64,000 nt of DNA from Isurus oxyrinchus (taxonomy: Eukaryota): contig JANJGN010000035.1 of NCBI GenBank assembly GCA_026770705.1, positions 6,820,001 through 6,884,000 of the forward strand, given 5' to 3'. Shown here piece after piece: positions 1-12,425 of this stretch. The translations under genes were made by a program, and so were the position numbers. Every line of letters begins with the position of its first letter. Position 1 is the stretch's first letter. The notes under the pieces were generated by a model. That model worked only from the letters and a program-made list of their open reading frames with translations, was not told the origin of the DNA and ran no database searches.

Positions 1-289
1 GAAAACCGCGAGCTGACGTACTCCATCTGAAGTCCTCAGTCACTTTTACCACCGGCAAGGCACAGATCTACGAACGCTATCTGGTTAGGTTCATTAGGAT
101 CTTGAAGTCACAAAATCTTTAGTCAACCCCTAATTCTAGACATTCAAAAGTTTTGCGCATCAGTCGCAAAACTGAAATAGAAGCAATGCACTTTATCATT
201 CAAGAACTCCCTAGTCTTGCTGTCTTCAGTGTCCTGTTGTTCTAACACACACGCACGCACAAACACACATACTGAAGCAGGGCCTGCCC

Positions 290-1345
290 TAGACTCACAA
301 ACCGACTTCAACACCAGTATGATTTTGCAAATTGCCAAATTTAAACTTTTCTATTCGGTGAAACAATTGTTTGTTCCCTCTTTAATGAAATGTTTTCAAA
401 ATAATAGGGTACAAAACTGCAATTAGTGTTTTTAGTTGGTTTTAAATTTTGGGTTGGAAGCTCTTCACTCCCAAGGCAATCGAACGAAACATGGGAATCA
501 TTTGGAAGCTAACAATGCCATGCTCAAAAATGTTTTTTAAAAATATTTATTTTCTGTGAGAATACTCCGAGCTCCATTTCTTTCTGAAGAGACCATCAAA
601 CAGAAGTAAAATGCATGCTTCTCATAATACATCGAAAGCTGAGTATCCCTCGTCTAGAAGAAATGAAACACCTTACTGAAATAAGGGTTTTTTTCGCAAC
701 TCTATCATAATGCGACTGGTCGTAACGTTGAAAGCAGCTTGACAAATATCCCACTATATGTTGTAGAGATAACCTACCTCCCACACTCACACAGTTTAGC
801 ATAACGTTACAATTAAACTTTGTGAATTGGAAGAACCATAATGTTTAATCATAACCAAACGATCAAACGTGACAGGCTTCAAGGTAAACACTACGTGTCT
901 TCTTACAGATCCAATTAATTGGCAAGCAAAACACCTTAAAATACTGGTTGACACAATTTATGTCAACCTACCAAACTAATCTAATTTCCAATTATGCATT
1001 GTTTTTTTCTTCCAGGCTATCCATCTTGGTTAACGGTTGTACGTAAGCTTGGTGTTTTCTATGGATATCCTATTAATCTACAGTGGTACAGTATTCTTGA
1101 TTGGTCCAAAGCACATGACAATGTTCGCTTTGTTACTTTTGCCTTCACCAATATTTTGCATTCTTGGCAATGCACCTGAGCTGATATGCTGGCTGTTATG
1201 AGATGAAGAAGAAGTTCCCTGTCATACCTCTTTATCCCTTGCTACATCAGCACTTCCACAGTTTTTTTTTAAACCAGTACACAAGGATGCCACAAGATTT
1301 TATTGCTTTTATGCAAGCCTTCTGCTTGTAAAGAATAGGCAAACA
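290..1345. repeat. Copy 1 of a ~1 kb direct duplication (copy 2 at ~2930-3930); contains the SAMD9-like C-terminus and downstream flank
   Basis: Long colinear matches, e.g. 'aaacaattgtttgttccctctttaatga' (~361 and ~2996), 'acaggcttcaaggtaaacactacgtg' (~872 and ~3481) and 'gctggctgttatgagatgaagaagaa' (~1188 and ~3774). Confidence 0.95.
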
Positions 1346-2660
1346 CACAGCTAATATTCCTCCCATTCATATGTTCTCCATTCACTGCGCTGAATACCTT
1401 AAGCCATTCAAAATGTAGATAGCCTTTAGAAATGATGAAGTCACGGTGGCAGCATTGTATAAACAGCAACTTGATCAGAAAATCAATAGATCAGGCCACA
1501 TATAGCATTCCTATGTTTTTGAACTTGAAAATAGTGACATAATATCAAATAACTAATTGCACAAAGAATCTCAACTGCAATCTCCTACATGGCAGGTATC
1601 AGCACGTTAGTTAAAAAAATGCTGCAGCATTCGGGCCTATTTTCTGCGTGATGTACCGAGTGCATGATATATCTCGGCCTCATAAGATGTCAGTTTTCAA
1701 GCAGTTGTGGTTAAATCCAGGAGGTGTCAAGAACTCTCTGAAAACACTTGATATAGCAAGTGTTAAGGTTCCGGAAACATAGTGGCGAACCTCGAAATGC
1801 TGTTCCATTTGAAGTAAACAAGTGCATTAACCGACATTGTGGCAAATCGAATAGGCATGATCCTTGCATGAAAAGCAGGACAAATCTGAGCAAGTCAAAT
1901 TTCGCCCGAAATATTTAGCACCTGTTATCAACAACGTCATGGAAATTTATCAGCAACAATACGTTAAAGGGACAATCCATAAATTCAGCTGATGTTCCTC
2001 TAGGACTACTCGGCTCCTCACCTTATTGTAGACTTGGTCTACTCATTAGCACAAACTCCGACATTATATAGTTAAGGTGAGAGTTACTTGCCCTGATATC
2101 AAGGCAGCAGATGCCCCAGAGAGTCTTCAATTGATTGCTGTGTTGTTATTTTTATTTCAATGATAATCAGAGCAAAACATTCTTGTGGTGAAGTCAAGTT
2201 TATTACAAAAGGCGAAAAAAGTTTGTGAATGTTGAATGAAAATCATCTCAACGGCAGCACATCACTTCAGTTGTTCGTTGGGCGCAGCCTGATGGCCAAC
2301 TGTGATCAGGTTTACTTTGCCTGCCACCTGTCTTACCTCTTAATATCAGAACTATCAAATTTCGTAGTTCATTGCATTGTGTCCAGTACATCAACATTAA
2401 GTCAAATTGTAAAGTAGCCCATGCATACATCCACAATCAGAAACAAATCTGGACGTAATCTGGGATATAGAGGGAAATAACAAAATATTTCAACAAAAAG
2501 CAAGAGAAGTACCACATGACAAAAAAAAAAGAGTCAACGTAGCTCCTATTGACGCTGAAAGGTTTTACGATTGCTGGTTGGTCGGCCATAACATTTCTGC
2601 GCATCACCAAACAAAACAATCTTAACTGGCAAGGTAAATACATAACTCTCTCCACCTTTC
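840..2660 (-). pseudogene. Second, 5'-truncated SAMD9-like pseudogene fragment (post-NTPase region, TPR, OB-like C-terminus)
   Basis: Minus-strand pieces resemble SAMD9 segments in the expected order: AIVKPFSVNRSYVDS...LLKYFVISLYIPD (~2455-2575; cf. KxNFxxxYIENV...LALLNSYVPD), FVLMSRP..GEE (~2015-2055), VLDT (~1725-1735), ILYHCRLIG (~1066-1095) and HVVFTLKPVTF..GYD (~845-900). Many stops and frameshifts. Confidence 0.5.
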
Positions 2661-2929
2661 CTCCCCCCCCAAAAAAAAAAAAGTAAATCATTTCAGTCCT
2701 TCACCCCCAAGCCGTGCCAAGCCCAAATCCCATTTAGCATTGGAAGGACATGATTCCCGTGTGGCTGTATTTCAAACAACTCTCAAGAAAAAGGTTGTGA
2801 TTAAGTGACAAGAAACCGACTTCAGTGACACACCATTTCCAACAGTAAACAAGTTCCTCCACCACAATTGTGCCGTAACTGCAGTGTGTAACTCGACAGA
2901 AATTTGGAAACGTGTTACTTGCCTAATTG

Positions 2930-3930
2930 TGTCGGGAAACTGCAACTTATATGTCAAATCTTTTGTACTTTTTTTCGAACTTTTGTATTCGGAATAAACA
3001 ATTGTTTGTTCCCTCTTTAATGATAAATTCTCAAAATAATAGGGTACATAACTGCAATTAGTGCTCTTTTAACTTTTTGGTTGGAAGCTCTTCACTCCCA
3101 AGGCAATCTAATGAATCATGGGAATGATTTGGAAACTAACAATTCCATGGTCAAATGTTTTTCTAAAAAAGAGATATTTTCTGTGAGAATACTCCCAGGT
3201 CCATTTCTTTCTGAAGAGACCATCAAGCAGAAGTAAAATGCATGCTTCCCAAAATGCAATTAAAGTTGAGTATCCCTCGTCCAGAGGAAATAAGCGTTTT
3301 TTTGCAACCCTACCATAATGCAACTGGTCGTAACATTGAAAGCAGCTTGACGACTATCCCACTATAAGTTGTAGAGATAACCGACCTCTCACACTCACAC
3401 AACTTAACATAACTTTACAATTAAACTTTGTAAATAAGAAGCACCATAATATTTACTTGTAACCAATCCGACCAAACGTGACAGGCTTCAAGGTAAACAC
3501 TACGTGGGTTCTTACAGATCCAATTAATTGGCAAACAAAACACTTTAAAATACTGGTTGGCACACTTTATTTCAACCGACCAAACTAATCTAATTTCCAG
3601 TTTGTACTGTTTTTTTCCCAGGCTATCCAGGTACTTTGTTAACAGATGTACGTTAGCTGTGCGTTTTCCATGGTTGTCTTATTAATCTACAGGGGGATAG
3701 TAACAATGTTCGCCTTGATTACTTTTGCCTTTAACAATATTTTTCATTCTTGGCAATTCACCGGAGCTGGGATGCTGGCTGTTATGAGATGAAGAAGAAT
3801 ATCTCTGTCATCCCTCTTCATCATCTGCTACTTCAGCAATTCTGCAATTACTTTTAAAGCTGGTAGACCAGGATGTCACAAGATCTTCTTGCTTTTATGT
3901 GAGCCTTCTGCTTATAAAATATAGGCACTG
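2930..3930. repeat. Copy 2 of the ~1 kb direct duplication
   Basis: Colinear with 290-1345 (see that entry). Confidence 0.95.
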
Positions 3931-5729
3931 AAACATTCTGCTGGTTCTTCCTTTCAACCCTAAAATCAATAATGTGCCCGTTCTGCCGTGCCTTCCCTTT
4001 TAGGCGCAGGTCTCTGAAGAACGTAACAGCCTAATGAACATCAGAATTGCCATCAATGACAGTGCCTTTCACCGCATTATGGTTCGCTAGAGGATAACAT
4101 TGCTCGCGAGTAAAGTCCTCTCATACTGCAAAAAGAGTTTCAAAATTGTTGTCCTAGTTATTATTTTTCAGTTGAGAGAATTTGATAACCATTTTATTTA
4201 CTTCGCAAATTTTCCCAACGACCTCCGCTGAAACTATCTTACTCTGAAATTGAACTTTGCACAATCACTTTTTGATAAACTTTGTCAACCTCACTTTCTG
4301 ATGTTCTAACGTGCGTGCAGGCAACAGTGTTCCTTTCTGCTGGTTTATAACACTATATATGGACTTTTTTTTCTTTTTTCTCTCCATTCACAAACAAAAC
4401 GTATATTTCCTTTTTTTAATCATTAGTTTACTAACAAATTCCATGTGGTTTTTCTCCGTGATTAATTCAGGCTCTTTAGCAAATTTTGCAACAGTCTTTC
4501 AACTTTCTGCCTGAACTGGATGAACTTAGAACTTAAAAAAAAAATGTATACATAGCAGGCAGATCTTCTGACGCTTCCATCACTTTGTTAGTCAGAATAT
4601 CAATTTCAACATCACATTCATCCAAAATCATTATTTAATTTCTTTCAAATCACTCAAGTACCTTTGTGAAACTTGACTTTCAGCACGATTTTCGGACATC
4701 ACTGCAGGCAGCAATAACTCACCGTCAGCCAAGTCATTTTGAATAAGGTACCCAGCTATTCCATAGGTAAAAAAAAAAAACACCTCGACAGAAACAAGCT
4801 CATTAGCATACCCACATATCAAATGAAACTCGTAAAAAGGACTGTGGAAACAATTCCCAACAAAATCAATCAATACTTAGTTATGCAGCCTGTTTTTCGT
4901 TTCTTTACGTGTAGGCAGTTTCATTTAATTTGTTATCATCAGTGCTGGGTTGATCTATTCTCTCATATGACTAATAAAATCTTTCCTGCCCCACCAAACA
5001 ACTTTTGTGAGTCTGCAGCATGAGAAAGGAAACATTAGTAATTCAATCTCCCCAAATATGCTCCATTAGCAAACATAGGAAAACATTTTGGCTTGTCATA
5101 GGCTTCCTTCCCTTAGCCTGCATTAGGCGCATTCTCAACTGCCAAAACGTCAGAATCTCCGTGTTTCTTTTTTTTTATGGCAGAACCCACGCGTAACACC
5201 TTCAAATCAAAATTCTCCAACATACGTTTCACTTGTCTAACCAGAGGAGATTTGTGTCCTTAAACTTGCCGCGAGTGTCACCAAAATATATAGTTTATCT
5301 GTGAGTTCCAGGAATAGGACATTTTTCTAATATATGTGTGAGTGGGTTCATTATTGACAGCGATTCTTGCAGCGTTATATATGTACATTCTGTACCTTTA
5401 TAATATATATGTACATTCTTCCAAATGCGAAGTTATTCCCACAGGGATACATTTTGTTTTACTCTACCACCTCAACCAGTTCCGCAAAGTTATTAAAGTC
5501 TTTTTCAAAGGTCAGTGACATGCGCAGCCTGCAAATGACTACCTCATTTTCTCTGGCAAATTTCGCAAGGATTCTATTGTTTTACTCCTTCAAATTTTAA
5601 AAACTTTGTCAGTAATATTGTGGTAGAAAATAATAAACATTAAGCACAGCATTATTGCACTTTCACAGTCATCGGATTGTTCCTCTACAAAACGTGTATA
5701 CACATTAAAATCTATTCTCACGTAAAAGA

Positions 5730-5960
5730 TTCCCTGAAGGGGCCATGTTTTCTCATATATTTCCTGGGATGTTGTTCTTGTTGGCAAAGCCAACATTGTT
5801 GCCCATCTATAATCAAACTTTGCTAAGTTGGTGGTGTGCTGCCTTCTTAAAACTTACTCTGAATAAGTAATTGACATAGGCAGAAGTCCTCAGGAGGTTA
5901 ATCATCAGCTGGGTGGAAGTAATGGGGAACTATGTAGGCTTGTCAATATTCTTAAGGGCT
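5730..5960. mobile_element. Degraded SINE/LINE-tail fragment inserted in the SAMD9-like gene
   Basis: 'ggcaaagccaacattgttgcccatctataat' resembles the repeat at 26635-26890 and 44035-44410, and it interrupts the coding-like frame. Confidence 0.45.
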
Positions 5961-5966
5961 GTTGGC

Positions 5967-5991
5967 AATAGATAGATAGAGACATAGATAT

Positions 5992-6068
<77 letters not shown>

Positions 6069-6110
6069 GAAAGAGATAAGTATACAGGCAAAAGACAGGT
6101 AGATAGATAG
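5967..6110. repeat. (GATA)n microsatellite
   Basis: Long pure AGAT tandem run (~5993-6066) with degenerate flanks. Confidence 0.98.
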
Positions 6111-7811
6111 ATGTAAATAAATGTTGAGAGAGGTAGATACTTTTTCCTAGAGTAACAAAAAATAAAGACACATGTTTGAGATGCTTCCCATTCATCAATC
6201 GAATATCTCTGTTGATAATGCTTCAGGGGAGAGGTATTTCAATGAAGTGTCAATACTGTTGTTGCTGATGCTTCTGCTTACACATATACAAGGTCTCCTT
6301 CAACCCTTTCAAAAATTACATTGCACACAATGATCAAAAAACGAATAATTCACTGGGTGCAATATATTGTCTTAACAGTTGCAATATATCGGTGAACCCA
6401 ATGGTCATTTCAATGTAATTCATTGTGATCCACACAGGTGATAAACTTCAAACGATAGCTCACATGCGCTCTGCACAGGTTAGCTATTTCTCCATTTAGA
6501 ACTTATTTCGAACTCAACATGGCCGGAGAAACGAGCAAATATGTTCGCTTCATAAGGGAGTTAAAATCGGCGCATGCAGTTCACACAGAATGCATTTCAT
6601 TCTCAGGGGCTCAAAGTTCATTGGTAAAATTTAGCATCTATCCAATTCCTGTTTCCAAAGAAGCTAATCCTCCATGCAAAATCTCATTTCCAAAAAAAAA
6701 ACATCGATAGTTTGGCTATACATTCTTTTAAGTTTCTGCTTTTTTGTTTGCCTCTCAGGTCGTCCTTAGCAGTTATGCGAGGTACAATTAACAGATCTGC
6801 CTGTAATGTTATATTGAAATTTTGCTTACAGTATGCAGGAACGCTAAAGGACCAACTGTTGGAAAAAGATCTTATCGTAATGACCCGCCTTAATGAACAC
6901 TGGAAGTGTTGATTGTTCTGTTTCGATATAGAAAGATTATTATAAAATTAGTCACGATCGAGTCGTAGATGGCGAGAGGATTTAGAATACCAGTCGATTG
7001 ATTTGCAACAGGGCCGAAATTGCTTCACCTCGTAACACAAAAAATGCTTCAGTAGAGTTTGATGTTCTGAATTAAAATAATCTTAACTATAGGATCGCGA
7101 ATTGAAGTTGTTATGAGGCTCATGTCCCGGATTTCAAAATTTTCAAAATCTAGCAAGAATGTTGCTTGCTTTTTAGAAAATGCCAGTGCCATCAGCAATA
7201 CAGAAACTCAAATTGCAAAGAAATGCACCAAAACCATTTACATGTCTAAGGCAGAGCTCTGGTCCACGGAGACTACATTTTTGCAAGGGTGCAAATGACA
7301 GTGGCTCATGTGTTGAACCACATGAGATTGCAGTCCAGCAAAAATAAAAAAAACATCCTTCGTTAAAAACCGAGGAAAAAAAGTTGGAGGCCTGGCACAC
7401 GACTTCGATGCAAGCTCCTGGAAGATGTACTATTACTGTGTCGAAATCAACAGAGTAAGTCTACCATTTTACCACCTCTCAGTCATCAGCAGAAATGACA
7501 TTGCACAGGTACATTGTTTGGCTCTCATCTACACTGTGCAGTACTGTAGCATTGGAAAACCTATATCTGTGTCTATAAGACTCATCCATCTCTACGTGCC
7601 ATCTTCCACCGGGGAAGTTATCACTTCTATGGATACTGATTACCTTGCAGCAGTTTAAGCCTGCTAAAGTTAGAAGTTTAACGCGATTAGGTGTTTGATT
7701 TGGTCTCAGGACTCTCATGAAACCATAACTCTTATTTTTTCCTGTTTTTCCCTGCCCACGTTAATTTCCAACATCCCTCTGTTATTATGTGAGTGCAAAA
7801 GGGATGGGTAT

Positions 7812-9800
7812 TGTGATACCCCATTCCACATTTTGCGTGTGTGTAACGTAAACCAACACTCTTTGTTTACATTATCTCAAGTTTGCTGTGGGGCTCTGAC
7901 TATACGATTGCATCACCGCAAACTGATCTATTTCTGAAACTACAGCACCCCTTCCAAAAGGGGAACTGTGAAAACATAAATACAGTTCTTCAGGGGCGTT
8001 TACTAAGAGGGGGATTGTGGGGGAGGGTGCAGAAGGCTGTTTAAATTAATCGTGCTCATGTCTGTAACATAGATTGTTGGCTTGTCCTGGGTTGATGCAG
8101 TTTGAAATCACCTGGCGTCCAAGTTAAGCTACCAGGCAAATTAAAATGAAAGGAGTTAAGTGGAATTCGAAAAGGAAAAACAGGGTGTTTTTTTTACGAA
8201 TTCAGGACAGGAAAAGACAGAGCAAATGATGTATCTTACAGGTAAGGAAATGGCAACACCTGATGGCTAAATGTGTGTTCAGCCAAATGATTTAGCAGAA
8301 ACTCTTTGCATCCACTGTGCAAAGATTAATTGTAAGCTGTATGTCTGAAGCTGCAATTCAAGTTACCCAGCAAAGTCTGAAGAAACTTATGATTTCTGGC
8401 AGTGGAAGAACGTCTACATATGACGTTACCAGTAGAGCAGTTAACAAAGAAAATCAATCATGACTCCGAACCCCCTATCCTTGCCAATATCGAGCTTAAA
8501 AAAACTTCAATTAGAGCTGGAGCAAGGAAACAATTAATGGGAAGCGTACACCAGCTCCGAAAATTGGGAATGGAGCTAATTGTTCAAAGAGAGAGAGAGA
8601 GAGAGAGCAGGTACTTCTGAGCTCGGAGGAAACATGCCTTTCTTTGTGGCAGCGTTTCCTATCCCCTAAAAACAAAAGCACTCTCTTGGGCACTCAAGTA
8701 TGCAAAGTACATTCTCAAATTTTAGGAGAGTGATGGGGAGTAACTTTTGCCACCTTTCAGATAACAGCAGTGCTGCTAAAATGGTCCTAAGATATCTGGA
8801 TATTTTTAGTTCGGGGAATTTGTCAGGGAGAGCCCGAGACGTCTACTTTCGATATCTCAAAAATTGGAGCTACCTGACCCTTCCTTCCTAAGTGCATACG
8901 AGTTAGTCCCAGAGGCCACCAGCTAATACGGCCGCTCGTTAAGATGCTAAACTAAATCTACACGAGATTTAATGAGTGACCCAAATCACATTTCACTGCA
9001 CATTAGATTACTTGCTTCAGCTAGCATTGTTTGAAAAATTCAAATTTACCTAACCTCCAACATGCAACAATGCCTAAAGAAGCAGAGAGAGATACCCTTG
9101 CTAGTGGTGCAGCAGTCAGAGCAGATATTTCTGATCTTGCAAGCAGGGCCTTACATTCTGACAGGTCCTTTCTAAACTATAACGATGAGTGCTGGAAAGA
9201 GAAGCAGGGCTATCTAGTAAGGAAATGGCCCCAGCTCTTCCAGCAATGTACACCCCCCACGGCCGCACCCTACAAAAAAAAGGGAGCATTCAAGGAGCCC
9301 GGCATTTTTACACTGCATGCCCTCCATTTGCAGATCGTGAAGCAAGGTAATTTGCTGCATAAGGCTTCAAAACAGATCCTCCCAAAGGATTCCTGAATGC
9401 GCAGCACAGCCGAGCTACTCACGAGATAAGATTATCCATTAGATGGCAAGGCATTATCTATGTCAGAGGCAGATGGGCCCCCAGAGAGCCTCTGATATTC
9501 GGTGCTTTCAGGAGATTTGTCCCTATTCATGATTCATGCTGCTCGTGAGTCCGGGGCACTGCCCATTGAAACAGGGGTTAGATGGTAGTTGATGTTCGAA
9601 GGAAAACTAAATTTAAACCCCGAGGCCACAATGAATGCCAATGCTTCGCTGGGTGGAGTTGGAATAGAGCCTGAGTTTGAGCCTCCATATGAGGACCACA
9701 TAGAGAATGACCATGTTTCAGTCCCTGTTGCATTAGTAATTGTCTTTCAGTTAACAGAAGGAGGATGATACCTACTTTGCGAAAGAGTGTCTGGAAGCCA
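7812..9800 (+). mobile_element. Decayed Ty3/gypsy-type LTR retrotransposon remnant (LTR, PBS, gag, protease)
   Basis: TG...CA segment 7812-8110 is followed by TGGCG at 8113 (PBS-like). There is a degenerate zinc knuckle ECWKEKQGYLVRKWP (~9187-9231) and a degenerate protease motif LIFGAFRRFV (~9492-9521). It splits the SAMD9-like frame. Confidence 0.5.
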
Positions 9801-10179
9801 GCAATTAGCTGGGGAAAGAAGAAAATTCAAGGCACAACAGAAGAAATCAGCACTCGGGCACAAATTTGGAGAAGGTCAAATGTCCCAAAAGGGTAGAATA
9901 GCACCTATGAATGTGAAAATATCAGCACCAGTTTCCAATATGGCAAATGGCAGAGAGAATTCAATGGGAAAGAAGGCCTTCATAGTGCTAAACAAAAAGA
10001 ATGGGGAATGGGGAAAGTAGCAATATCATGATGCCAACATTAGGTAATGTAATGTTGGATTATGAATAGCTGCTGAATAAGGGCAGTAACACAATACGAT
10101 ATCAGAGGATAGGGAAAATGAGGGGCGCAACATAAATTGGAATTAGGAATAGAAAAGTAAGGACTGAAGGGAATAACCT

Positions 10180-11750
10180 CACACTTGCTTGCATGTTCTG
10201 CCATTTGCCATCTTTTTGCCTAGTCACTTAATCTGACCGTGACTTCCCACAGTCTCTCTGTGTACTCCCAATCTTAGCTTCCCAAATGACTTTGTACCAT
10301 TAACAACATTTAGTACATTGTTCTCTTTCTCTTCATCTAAGTCATTAATATATAGGATGAAATGTGAGATCAAAAGCGAGTTGTAAGCCTCCAAATGTCT
10401 CCACAGGAATCAAAGGGAAAACAGCCTAATTTGAATTCGTGAGTTGCAGATGATTTGCCTCTTGTCTGATTTCGTCTATGGGTTGTGGTTCTTTAATGGA
10501 GGTTAGTTTGCTAATTTGTTAATACTTATAATAGTTCTGATTTGAAGCCACGCTTATAACTAATTTAACCTGTGTAAATTAACAAAATGTTTCAATTGGT
10601 TAAATGTATCACTTCGAGAAATGATGTTCCAATTCCTGAATTTAGATTTGCATCTGAAACATTACATTTAAAATTATATGATATGACAACTATTTAAAGA
10701 TTCCATCTGGAATTTTTAAATAACTCGGTTATACTAACTCGATCATTGATAGCAATGCTAAAATCCATGTTTACCTCATCTCTGTACAATCCTCAACTGA
10801 TGCTCAAAGATAACACCATATACCATGATGCATTTTCTTACCTTTTAAACTTTGTGATCCGTTAGTAATTATTTGTAGCTTTTTCCCAACAACTGCTGTC
10901 AGGCTAAATGGTCTATTGATCACTGGTATTCACTCTGGCATTTATTGAAAAGTTTTGTAACATATTCCAACTGCCAATCCAATACTGCCGTTCCCCAATC
11001 AACGTAATTGTCAACAATTGTATCCAGCACATCCGCTGCCTCTGCTGCTGGCTCACTTATAATTCTAGCGTCTGAGCCATCATGTCACCCGATGCTTTTT
11101 TTCCGAATTGTATTACTTTAATTCCGCAAGTAAGATTTTCTCTGCGACAGTTCCTCCTGCCTCTGCATCTAAGTGGCCAACGGCTTCTTTAACTATTCAC
11201 TTTCTACTTTTATGCTTCTAAAATAGTTCTAAATCTATTGTTATATTTCCAGATACTATACTGTCATATTCTATTGTTTTTACCTTTTTATTAACATTGG
11301 GATCTCGCCATGATGATTTCAAAACGACTTTCAATCTTTAGACTAGTACCAGTTTCGCTAAATTATAACGATATTATTTTAATACGATACTATTCTTAAT
11401 AACTTGAAACAAACATAAGTATTACATCCCGCTGAGCTTTTGCTCGTCCTAAAATGCATTTTTGTTGAAAATGTTAATTATATATTTATTTGTCCGCATT
11501 GTTCATTTACTTCTGTACCACATAATCACAACATTCGCCAATTCTTCCTTCATGCTTACGTCATTGGCATTGTTCATGTTTAAGATTTTATTGTGTGTGT
11601 GTGTGCTTGGGGAGTATCATTTTCAACGTTAACTTGGTATTCAGTAGCGTTTCAATTATTATATTCCAATTGGCCTTTTCTTCCTTCATTTCTAATTAAC
11701 CCTGCTTTTTTACTGCATACTACATTAAATATAGCTTGGTCCTTAAAGAA
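10180..11750 (-). mobile_element. Highly decayed CR1/L2-type LINE fragments
   Basis: Antisense RT-type text such as 'acctcacacttg...catgttctgccatttgcc', 'tcttcatctaagtcattaatatata' and 'ttcccaacaactgctgtcaggctaaatggtcta' (antisense YRP-SLT). Confidence 0.55.
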
Positions 11751-12129
11751 ATACATCATGAATTGCTCCTCGAAAATAAAAAGAAAAACATATACGAACT
11801 CAGCCTTTAGATTGCTCCTATCAATTGGCCAGGCAGTGGCAAGGAGGCGCTGTCGCTCGACCAATAATCCAGATACCAGGAGAAATGCTCTGCTGACACT
11901 GGTTTGAATGGTGAAACTTATATTCAATAGCAATCTATAAATGAGTGTGCAATGGTGAAACCTCTATTAAATCAATACCAATTATTCAGAAATCCTATCT
12001 GGTTCGATGTCCTTTCTGGATGGAAGTCTACTGCCCTTTGTCGTCCTTGTCGGCATTTTGGCGAGATGATCCATAGTCTGATGTCAGGTTCCACATATGC
12101 ACTGAGGAAAATCTTTCACACCTCCCATC

Positions 12130-12425
12130 CTCCTTCAGATGTTATGACCTAAGAGGGCATTTGTGTGCCTCAACTTCTTTTGGATTGGTCGTTCTTTAAA
12201 ATTGGAAACATTTTGCAGAGTTTTGCCAACGCCTTCTGCAACATGGCTGACCAGACATCAAACACTTTCAAGATGCCATCAGGCGTATTGGACAGATTAA
12301 CGTGTTAAGTATCAACCTGCTTGGCCACCATATGATCGCACCTTCCATGGCTATCAAATCCTGAAGTGGAATTTGAAAGCAGAACTTGTGGCACCAAATA
12401 GTGATGCTACCGAAATGCCATAAGT
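12130..12425 (-). mobile_element. tRNA-derived SINE remnant
   Basis: The reverse complement of ~12360-12420 gives a degenerate A-box/B-box tRNA-like head (TGGCATTTCGGTAGC...TTCAAATTCC). Confidence 0.4.

Noticed and set aside
895-1340. Apparent small spliced exons in the 1-kb duplication
   Set aside because: Better explained as the continuous C-terminal part of the single-exon SAMD9-like frame; the AG/GT sites are probably incidental.
5377-5419. Duplicated 'atatatgtacattct'
   Set aside because: A small local duplication in a dead gene; no sign of function.
5905-6198. 97-aa ORF with SIYL repeats
   Set aside because: It is the translation of the (GATA)n microsatellite.
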